NCBI GenBank assembly: GCA_045576435.1
Contig: JAZNGL010000032.1
Span: 1 to 60,542, forward strand
DNA length: 60,542 nt
Source of the DNA: Clostridia bacterium
GTDB lineage: Bacteria; Bacillota; Clostridia; Monoglobales; Monoglobaceae
Direction: 5' to 3'
Shown here: in pieces, positions 49,486 to 59,612 of the stretch
Layout: each line of letters opens with the position of its first letter
Numbering within the stretch: the first letter of the stretch is position 1
The notes under the pieces: generated by a model
Seen by the model: only the letters and a program-made list of their open reading frames with translations
Told to the model about the DNA's origin: nothing
The model's database searches: none
Translations under genes and position numbers: made by a program

Positions 49486-51291
49486 CTAGTCAAGCTTAAG
49501 AACTGACATAAATGCTTCCTGTGGAACTTCAACCGAACCAACCTGACGCATTCGTTTCTTTCCTTCCTTTTGTTTTTCAAGCAGCTTCTTTTTTCTGGTT
49601 ATATCGCCGCCATAACATTTTGCAAGAACGTCTTTACGCATTGCGCGAACGGTTTCTCGTGCGATAATTTTGCTTCCAATAGCTGCCTGGATTGGTATTT
49701 CAAATAATTGACGAGGGATTGATTCCTTTAGTTTTTCGGCAATTTTACGACCTCTCGCATATGCCTTTTCCTTGTGGACAATAAACGATAGGGCATCAAC
49801 CATGTCGCCGTTGAGCAACATATCCAACTTAACAAGCTCAGAACGCTGATAACCTTTAAGCTCATAATCAAAGGATGCATATCCCCTGGTCCTTGACTTC
49901 AAGGCGTCAAAAAAGTCATATATGATTTCGTTTAGAGGAAGCTCATATTCTAAAGTAACGCGAGTTTCATCGAGATATGTCATATGGATATAATTTCCCC
50001 TGCGTTCCTGGCATAACTCCATTATGCTTCCAACGAATTCTTTTGGAGTCATAATTGAGGCGCTGACAATGGGTTCTTCCATAAAATCTATTTCCTGAGG
50101 TTCGGGAAGATTTGTGGGATTAGATATTTTTACTATTTCACCATCGGTTTTGTGAATAAGATATTCAACTGACGGTGCAGTTGTGACCAAATCTAAATTA
50201 TATTCACGCTCCAAACGTTCTTGAATGATTTCCATGTGCAAGAGCCCGAGGAAACCGCAACGAAAACCAAAGCCCAAAGCAATTGAGGTCTCTGCATCAA
50301 ATCGAAGAGCGGCATCGTTTAACTGGAGCTTTTCCAGAGCATCACGAAGGTCATTATATCGAGCTCCGTCAGCAGGATAAATACCCGAATATACCATCGG
50401 TTTAACATCTTTATATCCGGGAAGAGGCTCTTTAGAGCCATTTTCAAGTTTTGTGACGGTGTCACCAACACGAACATCGCGAACGTTTTTAATGCTTGCT
50501 GCAATAAAGCCAACTTCACCTGCTTTTATGCAATCGGAGGATAACATTCCCATAGGGTGCAAATATCCAACCTCAACAACATCAAAAGAACTTCCGGTTG
50601 CCATCATTTTTATAACATCCCCGGCCTTGAGAGTGCCGTCAACAACACGGACATACGCAATAACGCCTTTGTAGCTATCGTAATAGGAATCGAAAATCAA
50701 AGCCTTTAAAGGAGCGGTTTCATCACCTATAGGCGGTGGAACAAGCTCTACAATTTTTTCAAGAACAGCTTCAATATTAATTCCGTTTTTTGCAGAAATC
50801 TGAGGCGCATTTTGGGCTTCAATGCCAATAACATCCTCGATTTCTTGTTTAACAACTTCAGGTCGCGCGCTTGGGAGGTCAATTTTGTTTATAACAGGCA
50901 CAAGTTCAAGGTCATGTTCAAGTGCCAGATAAGTATTAGCAAGTGTTTGCGCCTCAATACCCTGAGCCGCATCAACGATTAACACAGCGCCTTCGCAAGC
51001 AGCCAGACTTCTTGAAACCTCATAATTGAAGTCTACGTGCCCGGGAGTATCAATCAAATTCAAAACATATTGCTCGTTGTTATGTGCTTTATATATAAGG
51101 CGCACAGCTCGTGCTTTAATAGTTATACCGCGTTCACGCTCGAGTTCCATGTTATCTAATATCTGAGATTGCATTTCACGGCTTGTTAAAGCACCCGTTG
51201 CTTCAAGAAGTCTATCAGCAAGGGTTGATTTTCCGTGGTCAATATGTGCTATAATTGAAAAATTTCTTATGTTTTTTTGGTATTCGTTCAT
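49486..51291 (-). CDS. lepA: translation elongation factor 4 (LepA)
   Basis: [20 protein letters not shown] and DTPGHVDF motifs, plus the LepA-specific C-terminal region. Confidence 0.96.
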   Translation of the reverse strand: MNEYQKNIRNFSIIAHIDHGKSTLADRLLEATGALTSREMQSQILDNMELERERGITIKARAVRLIYKAHNNEQYVLNLIDTPGHVDFNYEVSRSLAACEGAVLIVDAAQGIEAQTLANTYLALEHDLELVPVINKIDLPSARPEVVKQEIEDVIGIEAQNAPQISAKNGINIEAVLEKIVELVPPPIGDETAPLKALIFDSYYDSYKGVIAYVRVVDGTLKAGDVIKMMATGSSFDVVEVGYLHPMGMLSSDCIKAGEVGFIAASIKNVRDVRVGDTVTKLENGSKEPLPGYKDVKPMVYSGIYPADGARYNDLRDALEKLQLNDAALRFDAETSIALGFGFRCGFLGLLHMEIIQERLEREYNLDLVTTAPSVEYLIHKTDGEIVKISNPTNLPEPQEIDFMEEPIVSASIMTPKEFVGSIMELCQERRGNYIHMTYLDETRVTLEYELPLNEIIYDFFDALKSRTRGYASFDYELKGYQRSELVKLDMLLNGDMVDALSFIVHKEKAYARGRKIAEKLKESIPRQLFEIPIQAAIGSKIIARETVRAMRKDVLAKCYGGDITRKKKLLEKQKEGKKRMRQVGSVEVPQEAFMSVLKLD

Positions 51292-51337
51292 CCTGTGGGT
51301 TCCCTTCTGTTAACTGTTTCAATAGAAAACTTTTAAA

Positions 51338-52354
51338 TTAATCGGCATAACCATTTGGGTTTTGCTGTTGCCAACGCCAGGAATCAGCACACATGTCTTC
51401 AAGAGTTTTCTTAGCAACAAAGCCAATTTCAAGCTTTGCTTTTTCGGGGTTTGCATAACATGCATCAATATCTCCGGGTCTGCGGTCTTCGATTTTGTAA
51501 TCAAGTTCTTTTCCACAAGCTTTACTGAAAGCTTTAATCATGTCAAGAACACTATATCCATGGCCGGTGCCTAAGTTATATGTTACCAAGCCAACCGGTT
51601 TTGATATTTTTTCAAGAGCTTTGAGATGACCGTCTGCCAAATCGACAACATGGATATAATCACGAACGCCTGTTCCGTCAGGAGTATCATAATCATTTCC
51701 AAAAACATGGACATATGGGCGCTTTCCCACTGCGACCTGAGCAATAAAGGGCATAAGATTATTAGGAATACCTTTTGGGTCTTCACCAATTAAACCGCTT
51801 TCGTGAGCGCCAACCGGATTAAAATATCTCAAAAGAGCAATGTCCCAAGAACTGTCTGCAACAGCTAAATCTCTGAGCATATCCTCTATCATAAGTTTTG
51901 TTCTGCCATATGGATTTGTGCAGAAAAGAGGAAAATCTTCGGTGATTGGAACCGTGTGTGGCTTTCCGTATACGGTTGCTGAGGAACTGAAAACCAACTT
52001 TTTAACGTTATATTTGTTCATAAGCTCACAAAGATTAATTGTGCTATAAAGATTATTTTGATAATAACGCATTGGTATTTGAACCGATTCACCAACCGCT
52101 TTAAGTCCGGCAAAATGTATCACTGCATCAAATTTATTTTCAACAAAAATCTTTTCCAAGGCTTCCTTATTTACCATATCAATCTTATAAAACTTAATTG
52201 ATTTACCGGTTATTTTTTCTACTCTTTTCAATGCTTCCTCGCAGCTGTTGCATAAGTTATCAACAACAGTAACGCTATATCCGGCATCAAGTAATTGAAC
52301 ACAGGTATGGCTACCGATATATCCGGCGCCGCCTGTTACTAAAATACTATTCAT
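51338..52354 (-). CDS. galE: UDP-glucose 4-epimerase
   Basis: TGGAGYIGSH Rossmann motif, YGRTK (YxxxK); 338 aa. Confidence 0.9.
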   Translation of the reverse strand: MNSILVTGGAGYIGSHTCVQLLDAGYSVTVVDNLCNSCEEALKRVEKITGKSIKFYKIDMVNKEALEKIFVENKFDAVIHFAGLKAVGESVQIPMRYYQNNLYSTINLCELMNKYNVKKLVFSSSATVYGKPHTVPITEDFPLFCTNPYGRTKLMIEDMLRDLAVADSSWDIALLRYFNPVGAHESGLIGEDPKGIPNNLMPFIAQVAVGKRPYVHVFGNDYDTPDGTGVRDYIHVVDLADGHLKALEKISKPVGLVTYNLGTGHGYSVLDMIKAFSKACGKELDYKIEDRRPGDIDACYANPEKAKLEIGFVAKKTLEDMCADSWRWQQQNPNGYAD

Positions 52355-52416
52355 ATATTCCTCCGTTTAATGCAATTCTTGAAAATAAAATACGCTCTCT
52401 TTTAATATATTAAAAA

Positions 52417-53556
52417 TTATTCCAAATAATCCTTTAATTTTTTACTACGACTCGGATGTCTTAGTTTCCTGAGGGCTTTTGCTTCGATCTGGCGAATACG
52501 TTCACGAGTGACATTAAATTCTTTACCAACTTCTTCGAGTGTTCTTGCTCTTCCGTCATCAAGACCAAATCTCAAACGCAAAACCTTTTCCTCACGAGGG
52601 GTAAGGGTGTTAAGTACATCGACCAATTGCTCTTTAAGAAGCGTAAAAGTAGCAGCGTCAGATGGAGCAGGAGCGTCATCGTCAGGAATAAAATCACCCA
52701 AATGGCTATCCTCCTCTTCTCCGATTGGTGTTTCTAAGGAAACAGGCTCTTGAGCAATTTTCATTATTTCGCCAACCTTGTCAATTGGCATGTTAAGTTC
52801 TTTTGCGACCTCATCCGGCAAAGGATCACGACCAAGTTCCTGAACTAATTGACGTGTAACACGGATTAGTTTATTTATTGTTTCAACCATGTGCACAGGT
52901 ATTCTTATTGTTCTGGCCTGGTCTGCGATTGCACGTGTTATCGCTTGACGAATCCACCATGTTGCATATGTGCTGAATTTATAGCCTTTTGTATAGTCAA
53001 ACTTCTCAACAGCTTTAATAAGACCAAGATTTCCTTCCTGAATCAAATCCAAAAACAGCATGCCCCTTCCAACATAGCGTTTTGCAATACTAACAACTAA
53101 GCGTAGGTTAGATTCTGCAAGGCGTTTTTTGGCAACGTTGTCGCCTTCTGACATTTTCTGAGCAAGCTCTGCTTCTTCCTGCCCTGACAAGAGAGGAACT
53201 TTTCCGATTTCCTTAAGATACATTCTGACAGGGTCGTCAATGCTAACACTATCGGGAACACTCAAATCCGATAATTCATCTTCGGTTATCTGGAAATCAT
53301 CTTCAATCTCCGGCATATCTTCTTCAAAGTTTCCGATGATTTCTATTCCCTGCTTCTCAAGAAAATCATAGATTCGGTCAATCTGCTCAGGCTCCATATC
53401 AATGCTTTCTAACCTTGAGTTAATATCTGCATATGAAAGCTCACCATTTTTTTTGCCCATAGCAATAAGTTCTTGAAGGGTTTGTTTTGTGGCTTCCTTT
53501 ATAGCCAACTTTTTTTCGTCTATATTGTTTGTTGTGCTGTTGTTATTATTACTCAT
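52417..53556 (-). CDS. sigA: primary RNA polymerase sigma factor (SigA/RpoD)
   Basis: Motifs of regions 1.2 to 4.2 ([30 protein letters not shown]; [20 protein letters not shown]). Directly downstream of dnaG. Confidence 0.93.
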   Translation of the reverse strand: MSNNNNSTTNNIDEKKLAIKEATKQTLQELIAMGKKNGELSYADINSRLESIDMEPEQIDRIYDFLEKQGIEIIGNFEEDMPEIEDDFQITEDELSDLSVPDSVSIDDPVRMYLKEIGKVPLLSGQEEAELAQKMSEGDNVAKKRLAESNLRLVVSIAKRYVGRGMLFLDLIQEGNLGLIKAVEKFDYTKGYKFSTYATWWIRQAITRAIADQARTIRIPVHMVETINKLIRVTRQLVQELGRDPLPDEVAKELNMPIDKVGEIMKIAQEPVSLETPIGEEEDSHLGDFIPDDDAPAPSDAATFTLLKEQLVDVLNTLTPREEKVLRLRFGLDDGRARTLEEVGKEFNVTRERIRQIEAKALRKLRHPSRSKKLKDYLE

Positions 53557-53570
53557 TTTTTCTCGCCTTC

Positions 53571-55358
53571 CTACATTTTATCTTTTTTCAGTCGATTCAT
53601 AATCTCCTGGAGCATCTCTGTGTCTCCATCTGCCGTATATTGTTTTTCTTCCTTTTTTAACTTATATTCAGTGATAATCTTAAAAGGCATCCTTGCAGAC
53701 TCTTTTTTATCATCAACGTTTTTATCATCGGATAATATTTCGGAAACAAGTCCGATATCTCCTTCGCCAAATTGCGAAATAACAGTAAGCGGATTAATTT
53801 TTTCGCCGGCTTCGTGCAATTTGAAAATAATTTCAGCTAATCGTTGGTGCCTGATTTCTGTAAAATCCTCTGGCAAAAGTTTATCCTTGAATGATAAAAA
53901 GACATCCTTTTCACATAACAAGTTAAGCATAAGTTTTTCTGCATTATATAAACGCATTTTATCTAAATCGCCACGCAAACCGGTTCGTGTTTCAAAGCTT
54001 CGTTTTTCTGCCCTTTCGTCCCGCTTTTTTTCTGCACTTTTCATCTTTCTGGCAAAAGCTTCAACCCGAACAACTATGCTTTCAGGTGAAACATCGGTTT
54101 GACGTGCAATTTTTTTAATATATACTTCTCTTTCGACATCATTTTTTATGTTAGCAAAGATTTTTGCAATTTGTTCAATAAACTCAATTTTTTCAACAGC
54201 ATCCTCAAGATTATATTGTTTCTCAATATTATGAATTTTATACTCGATGAAGCTTTCTGCGTTTTCTATTAAATGCCTGAACATATCAGGGCTTTTTGAG
54301 TTTATATATTCATCGGGGTCCTTGCCATCATTAATAACCAGAACCCGTGCTTTTATTCCGGATTCTCTTAAAATCTCACCGGCGCGTTCGGTTGCTTTTT
54401 GACCTGCTTCGTCTGAATCGTAGCAGAGAGTAGCTTTATCGGAATATTTTTTAAGAATATCTGCTTGCTGAGGCGTAAAAGCTGTTCCCAAAGAAGCAAC
54501 TGCATTAGTAAAACCATTTTGATGGAGCGAAATAACATCCATATATCCTTCCATCAACAAAAATTGACCATCTTTATTGTTTTTTGCCATATTCATTGCA
54601 AAAAGATTTTCTTTCTTTTTAAATATAAGCGTTTCGGGAGAATTTAAATATTTTGGTGCATCATCTCTATCTGTTAGAATACGCCCGCCAAAACCAATCA
54701 CATTGCCCCGAAGGTCAATGATAGGGAACATAACCCTATCTCTGAATTTATCAAAATATGTTCCGTTCTCTCTTTTAACAGCTAAACCAACTTCTTCAAG
54801 CTCGGCTTCGCTATAGCCCTTTTCTTTCATGAAATCAATCAGGCTTGTCCATGAATTGGGAGCATAGCCAAGACCAAAACTTTTAATTGTCGCGTTGGTT
54901 AAATTTCTGTTTCTGAAATAAGAAAGAGCATAATCATATTCGGGAGAAATAAGATTTTTGAAAAAGAACTTGCCCGCTTCAGCATTCATTTCATACATAC
55001 GTTTTTTCTTGTTATGAATTTCAGCCGCTTTGGCCCTTTCGGCAGTGCTTCTGAAATCGGGCACGGGAATGCCGGCTTTGTCGGCAAGATATTTAACGGC
55101 TTCCATAAAATCAAGATTTTCTTTAGCCATTATGAAATGTATAGCTGTGCCTCCTGCTCCGCATCCAAAGCAGTGAAAGAGCTGCTTATCCGGGGAAACA
55201 GAAAAAGAAGGCGTTTTTTTATCGTTATGTAATGGGCATAGTGCTTGGAACCGATTGCCGACCCGCTTTAATGTAACATAGCGAGAAATTAAATCAACAA
55301 TGTCGGTCTTTTCTATAACCTCATCCACAAAGCTTTGAAAATCAACAGATACTGCCAT
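53571..55358 (-). CDS. dnaG: DNA primase
   Basis: Zinc finger [14 protein letters not shown]...[16 protein letters not shown] region ([19 protein letters not shown]). Confidence 0.93.
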   Translation of the reverse strand: MAVSVDFQSFVDEVIEKTDIVDLISRYVTLKRVGNRFQALCPLHNDKKTPSFSVSPDKQLFHCFGCGAGGTAIHFIMAKENLDFMEAVKYLADKAGIPVPDFRSTAERAKAAEIHNKKKRMYEMNAEAGKFFFKNLISPEYDYALSYFRNRNLTNATIKSFGLGYAPNSWTSLIDFMKEKGYSEAELEEVGLAVKRENGTYFDKFRDRVMFPIIDLRGNVIGFGGRILTDRDDAPKYLNSPETLIFKKKENLFAMNMAKNNKDGQFLLMEGYMDVISLHQNGFTNAVASLGTAFTPQQADILKKYSDKATLCYDSDEAGQKATERAGEILRESGIKARVLVINDGKDPDEYINSKSPDMFRHLIENAESFIEYKIHNIEKQYNLEDAVEKIEFIEQIAKIFANIKNDVEREVYIKKIARQTDVSPESIVVRVEAFARKMKSAEKKRDERAEKRSFETRTGLRGDLDKMRLYNAEKLMLNLLCEKDVFLSFKDKLLPEDFTEIRHQRLAEIIFKLHEAGEKINPLTVISQFGEGDIGLVSEILSDDKNVDDKKESARMPFKIITEYKLKKEEKQYTADGDTEMLQEIMNRLKKDKM

Positions 55359-55435
55359 CGTTTCACCTCAATAACATTATTCGACACAAAGTTGCTATTT
55401 CCTGCCTGAAAAGCATCAGTAAACTTGTTCCAAAA

Positions 55436-56434
55436 TTAAGCGTTCCATGCTTTTGGAATGAAATATTGATTATATAATGAAATTGCATAACGGTCGGTCA
55501 TGACTGCAATATAATCACGGACAACAACAATATTGCTTTCACTGCAGCTTGCGCCTCGAATGTTTTCCGGAATTAAGTCGGGCTTTTCTAAAAAGAGTTC
55601 AAACAGGCCCTTTAATATGCCAAAGGCTTTCTCCTCTTCACTCTTGGCGTGAGGATTAAAGTAAACATTTTCAAACATAAATTTTCGTAGGTCCATCATT
55701 GCCGAATAAATCGTCTCGTCCATAATAATATCGGGCTTATCTATGCTTGACATTATTATACTGTTTATCAATGTGTCTATACGTTGTGATGACGTTTTTC
55801 CTAAAAGATTAATAAGCTCTTTTGGAATATCACTTTCAGAAATAATATCACCTCGAACCGCGTCGTCTATATCGTGGTTTATATAAGCAATTTTATCTGC
55901 GAATCTCACGATTCTGCCCTCAAGAGATTGAGGGAGTTTTTCGCCTGTATGACAAAGAATACCATCACGGACCTCGTAAGTCAGATTCAGGCCACCTTTT
56001 CTTTCGAGAATATTAACAACTCTCAGGCTTTGTTCGTTATGACGGAAGCCTTCGGGACAAAGCTTGTCCAGCGAGCGCTCTCCTCCATGGCCAAAGGGAG
56101 TGTGCCCCAAATCGTGACCAAGCGCAATGGCTTCAGTTAAGTCTTCGTTTAAGTCTAAGGCTCGTGCGATAGTTCTGGCAATCTGGGCAACTTCAAGGGT
56201 ATGGGTTAATCGGGTTCGATAGTGGTCGCCTTCTGGTGACAAGAAAACTTGCGTTTTGTGCTTCAGACGACGAAAAGCCTTGGAATGAACAATGCGGTCG
56301 CGGTCTCTCTGAAAAGCAGTTCTTATTTCGCATGGTTCTTCTTTGATTGCCCGGCCTTTACTTTCACAGCTTAAGACCGCAAATTTACTTAAAATTAGCT
56401 TTTCTCTGTTTTCGTTTTTTTCTCTTACGGTCAT
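55436..56434 (-). CDS. dGTP triphosphohydrolase-like HD-domain protein
   Basis: FQRDRDRIVHSKAFRRLKHKTQVF and RLTHTLEV...GHDLGHTPFGH motifs. Confidence 0.87.
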   Translation of the reverse strand: MTVREKNENREKLILSKFAVLSCESKGRAIKEEPCEIRTAFQRDRDRIVHSKAFRRLKHKTQVFLSPEGDHYRTRLTHTLEVAQIARTIARALDLNEDLTEAIALGHDLGHTPFGHGGERSLDKLCPEGFRHNEQSLRVVNILERKGGLNLTYEVRDGILCHTGEKLPQSLEGRIVRFADKIAYINHDIDDAVRGDIISESDIPKELINLLGKTSSQRIDTLINSIIMSSIDKPDIIMDETIYSAMMDLRKFMFENVYFNPHAKSEEEKAFGILKGLFELFLEKPDLIPENIRGASCSESNIVVVRDYIAVMTDRYAISLYNQYFIPKAWNA

Positions 56435-56507
56435 ATCTGCACCACCTTATATTTTAAAAACTATTCTTTATTATCTTCTACGTTTTTTTCATTTTTCCTT
56501 TTTTTAG

Positions 56508-56535
56508 TTGACAAAACAACAAATTAGGATATAAT
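56508..56535 (+). promoter_or_regulatory. sigma-A-type promoter for trmK-nif3
   Basis: TTGACA (56508-56513), 16-nt spacer, TATAAT (56530-56535). Confidence 0.5.
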
Positions 56536-56566
56536 ATTTATATAATTAGAAAGTTGAGAAATTGCT

Positions 56567-57265
56567 ATGAAAAAAGATAACATTAGTCTCACAACAAGAT
56601 TGCAGAAAATAGCAGAACTGGTTCCTCCTTCAAAAATGCTTGCTGATATTGGCACAGACCATGCATATTTGCCGATATATCTGATTAAGAACAAACAAAT
56701 CGAGAGAGCGATTGCATCGGATATAAAAAAAGGACCGTTGCTTCGCGCTGATGAAAACATCAAAAAATATCAGTTAGAGAAATTTGTTGACACACGTCTG
56801 GGGGCAGGGCTTAAGACGATTAAGCCTGAGGAAGCAGAAACAATAGTTATTGCAGGAATGGGCGGAATTTTGATTTCAGATATTCTTAACGCATCACCAG
56901 AAACGGTTTCTGAGGCAAAGGTAATTATACTTCAGCCTATGACGGCGGTTAAAGAGTTGAGAGAGTTTTTGTGCGAAAACAACTTTGGGATTGACGAAGA
57001 ATATGTTGTTGCCGAGGAAAACAAGCTTTATAATATTTTAAAAGTCACGCCAAACAAGCAAACAAGCTACACCCCAAAAGAAATATATTTTGGGCGTGGA
57101 ATTGAAAAAACATCCTCTGATTTATATGAAAAATATAAGGAAGGAATAATAAAAAAACTGAAGAAGAGAATATCGGGACTCAGCAAATCCTGTCTGCCTG
57201 AAAACGTTTCTATAAAAAATGAACTCAAACAAGTTCTGGAGATATTAACCGATGAAGAAAAATAA
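56567..57265 (+). CDS. trmK: tRNA (adenine22-N1)-methyltransferase
   Basis: LADIGTDHAYLPIYL and IAGMGG motifs. Conserved pairing with a downstream Nif3-family gene near sigA, as in Bacillus. Confidence 0.8.
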   Translation: MKKDNISLTTRLQKIAELVPPSKMLADIGTDHAYLPIYLIKNKQIERAIASDIKKGPLLRADENIKKYQLEKFVDTRLGAGLKTIKPEEAETIVIAGMGGILISDILNASPETVSEAKVIILQPMTAVKELREFLCENNFGIDEEYVVAEENKLYNILKVTPNKQTSYTPKEIYFGRGIEKTSSDLYEKYKEGIIKKLKKRISGLSKSCLPENVSIKNELKQVLEILTDEEK

Positions 57266-57286
57266 AAAAGGAAGGTGCCACGATAT

Positions 57287-58087
57287 ATGTTAAGAGTTTT
57301 CCAAATAGCAGAAGAGCTTGAAATGCTTGCCCCGGCCTCTATCAAAGAGGAATGGGACAATGTTGGACTTTTGGTTGGAGATGAAAATCAAAAGGTGGAA
57401 ACGGTATATGTTTGTCTTGATATCACCTCGGAAAATGTGAAAAATGCTGTTTCCAAGGGTGCAGACTTAATTGTTTCGCATCATCCATTAATTTTCAAGC
57501 CACTATATTCTATCACAGAAAAAGACCCTACGGGTGGAATAGTTAGAACGTTAATTAAAAACGATATATCTGCTTTTTGTATGCATACTAATTTTGATAA
57601 AGCAGACGGAGGCATGAATGATTTGCTTGCTCAAAAGCTGAAGCTTGAAAATATACGGAAGTTCACGCCAGACGAGTGCGTTGATCCTTTTGGGAAGAAG
57701 CTTGATGGAATTGGAAGAATCGGGTCGTTGGAAAGACCAATGATTTTTGCGGATTTTCTTAAATATGTTAAAGATATTCTTGGCTGTAAGGCAATGAAAT
57801 ATATGGGAGAAACTTCTGAAACAATACAAACAGTTGCGCTTTGTTCAGGAAGCGGAGGCGACGGAATATATTCTGCATACCATGCAGGAGCGGATGCATA
57901 TGTTACGGCAGATATAAATCATCATCATGCTCAAACGGCTCAGGAAATAGGGCTTAACGTAATTGATGCAGGACACTTTGAAACAGAAAATATAATTTGT
58001 GAATTTTTGGCACAATTTCTCAGCACAAGATTTCCGGAACTGAATATTATTGTTTCAGAAGCAAAATCATTTTATAATAGCATATAA
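57287..58087 (+). CDS. Nif3-family dinuclear metal centre protein (YqfO-like)
   Basis: WDNVGLLVGD, LIVSHHPLIF and DAGHFETE motifs. ATG at 57287 lies 11 nt after AAGGAAGG. Confidence 0.87.
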   Translation: MLRVFQIAEELEMLAPASIKEEWDNVGLLVGDENQKVETVYVCLDITSENVKNAVSKGADLIVSHHPLIFKPLYSITEKDPTGGIVRTLIKNDISAFCMHTNFDKADGGMNDLLAQKLKLENIRKFTPDECVDPFGKKLDGIGRIGSLERPMIFADFLKYVKDILGCKAMKYMGETSETIQTVALCSGSGGDGIYSAYHAGADAYVTADINHHHAQTAQEIGLNVIDAGHFETENIICEFLAQFLSTRFPELNIIVSEAKSFYNSI

Positions 58088-58120
58088 AGAAAGCCTCGCC
58101 TGATTTGGCGGGGCTTTTTA
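58087..58120. terminator. bidirectional terminator between nif3 and the PqqD cassette
   Basis: AAGCCTCGCC-tgattt-GGCGGGGCTT (one G-U pair), flanked by A- and T-tracts. Confidence 0.75.
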
Positions 58121-58122
58121 AA

Positions 58123-58602
58123 TTAATTTGATAATAACTTTCGAAGCTTTCTGATAACTCTTGAAAAAAGATATTTAGTTCGATTAAACAGTCGCAAAAA
58201 CCAAAGAAATCGGAGATATAGCTGATAAACTGGGCCATCCAGAGCAACCTGTTTTTCGCAACGACAAAAGCTGATTACGACCCCTAGTATCATATCATCT
58301 GTAATCCCATGCTCTAATTGCCATTGGTTATCCCCGCAAAAAATATATTCGTTGTTTTTTATTGCAATCAGACGATGAAGGACGAATTGTCCGTTTGGCC
58401 TGTGATATAAAACAACATCATTTATATCCAAAGTTTTTTTTCGTTTTATCGTTATACTATCTTTGCCGGGACGAAGCATTGGGAGCATGCTTACGCCATT
58501 TGGTTTAAAGGTAATTTCGGCTCCGTTTTGTAATTTTTCCTCAATTATTGGAAACAATTCCGAAAGTGCAACCTCATTACCAGAAGGTTTAGGACTAGTC
58601 AT
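58123..58602 (-). CDS. S24/S26-fold serine peptidase-like protein, Ser/His (SipW/ER-type-like) motif, no N-terminal membrane anchor
   Basis: NGVSMLPML (nucleophile Ser motif). VLHRLIA occupies the position where S24/S26A enzymes have (V/I)KR(L/V). CGDNQ follows. Basic amphipathic C-terminal tail. The start overlaps the PqqD-like gene by 8 nt. Confidence 0.6.
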   Translation of the reverse strand: MTSPKPSGNEVALSELFPIIEEKLQNGAEITFKPNGVSMLPMLRPGKDSITIKRKKTLDINDVVLYHRPNGQFVLHRLIAIKNNEYIFCGDNQWQLEHGITDDMILGVVISFCRCEKQVALDGPVYQLYLRFLWFLRLFNRTKYLFSRVIRKLRKLLSN

Positions 58603-58861
58603 CTAATAAATTTGCCTCTTTCATTTTTTTAATAAAAGCATCAACATCAGCCAAAGCAACGGCTTCGGTTGTTTCGTATTCTTTAAGTAATGCGGCAACC
58701 AAGTCTTCTTTGGTTGCGTTTGTTGTAAGCAAATTCCAAAGAAGTGCGCCACTTTCGTTTAAGTTTATCATTCCGTTAAAGTTAACTGCGGTTTCTCCAA
58801 CAGGAACAACAATATTATATCCTGCAACGTTATGCAGAGAATATCCTTCTTTAATTTTCAT
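58595..58861 (-). CDS. PqqD-family protein (RiPP recognition element-like peptide chaperone)
   Basis: 88 aa. VAGYNIVVPVGE...INLNESGALLWNLL....TKEDLVAALLKEYE......ADVDAFIKKMKEANLL matches the PqqD-family pattern. Overlaps the upstream gene by 11 nt. Confidence 0.72.
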   Translation of the reverse strand: MKIKEGYSLHNVAGYNIVVPVGETAVNFNGMINLNESGALLWNLLTTNATKEDLVAALLKEYETTEAVALADVDAFIKKMKEANLLDD

Positions 58862-59603
58862 TACCGTTCACGTCCTTTCGCAAAACAGCGGAATCTTTAC
58901 CGCTCATTGTTTCATATGCAAGAATTGCGGCTTCATCTTCCATGTTACATAACATATCATAAACCTTGACTGTTGAAATAACGCGTTCTATGAGATGGAG
59001 CAAAATTGTCATATCGTTAAGCTCTTCCGGGCGCATAGTTTGATTCAAGATTGAAAAAATTGCTTTTTGAGGACTCATTTCGGATATTGAATTTTCAATG
59101 CCTCGTTTTAAAAAGCAAATGCCACCAAGGGGGACTGTCAAGTTGCGATTTTTATCAGTTTTTCCGCTCCACGGAGTGCCACAAACAAAAACACCATCAG
59201 AACCAACTTTGATTACCGGTTTATCGTCGTTTAGAATATACGTTTTGTCTTCGCCAAAAACTCTTTGCCAGATTGAAGTGTGTGTGGATTTTCCTGTTCC
59301 ACTCGGCGCCGAAAACAAATATGCTTTTCCATCAAGAACAACGGCTGAAGCATGAAGCATGAATCCGTCAAAGGCAAACAAGTTGTCGCAAAATTCAATA
59401 CAAGTCAGAATATACTCACATTTGTCCAAAGAAAGATGAGGATTATCTTCGTGCAGTTTTTTGATAGCTTTTTTGTTTATTGAAATTGTAAAATCAGCAT
59501 TGCCATCAAAGTCGAAGAGATAATCACGAGCGCGACTTTCGGTTGTTCCACCGATATCAGTTGTCATCCCGACCTTTATGCCGGCAATTAAATACTTCTT
59601 CAT
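58851..59603 (-). CDS. HPr-kinase-related P-loop protein (HprK C-terminal-domain-like)
   Basis: LHASAVVLDGKAYLFSAPSGTGKSTHT: beta-strand plus Walker A arrangement typical of HPrK/P-related kinases. 250 aa, no TM. Confidence 0.6.
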   Translation of the reverse strand: MKKYLIAGIKVGMTTDIGGTTESRARDYLFDFDGNADFTISINKKAIKKLHEDNPHLSLDKCEYILTCIEFCDNLFAFDGFMLHASAVVLDGKAYLFSAPSGTGKSTHTSIWQRVFGEDKTYILNDDKPVIKVGSDGVFVCGTPWSGKTDKNRNLTVPLGGICFLKRGIENSISEMSPQKAIFSILNQTMRPEELNDMTILLHLIERVISTVKVYDMLCNMEDEAAILAYETMSGKDSAVLRKDVNGNEN

Positions 59604-59612
59604 AATTTTGTA

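Noticed and set aside
51338-52354. galE lies between the sigA and lepA blocks, as a possible islet linked to wall-polymer synthesis.
   Set aside because: It is a single ordinary housekeeping gene with no flanking mobility signatures. Any link to SCWP sugar supply is pure speculation.
53473-54102. 209-aa plus-strand ORF, along with many other 60-180-aa ORFs antisense to dnaG, rpoB, rpoC, dnaK, the lyase genes and the giant gene (e.g. 5829..6350, 6621..7064, 12349..12813, 14167..14607, 24098..24571, 31968..32438, 36682..37215, 38538..38891).
   Set aside because: These are shadow ORFs inside well-supported genes on the other strand or in another frame. Their composition is low-complexity (S/F/L/I-rich) and they have no SD or start-codon context.
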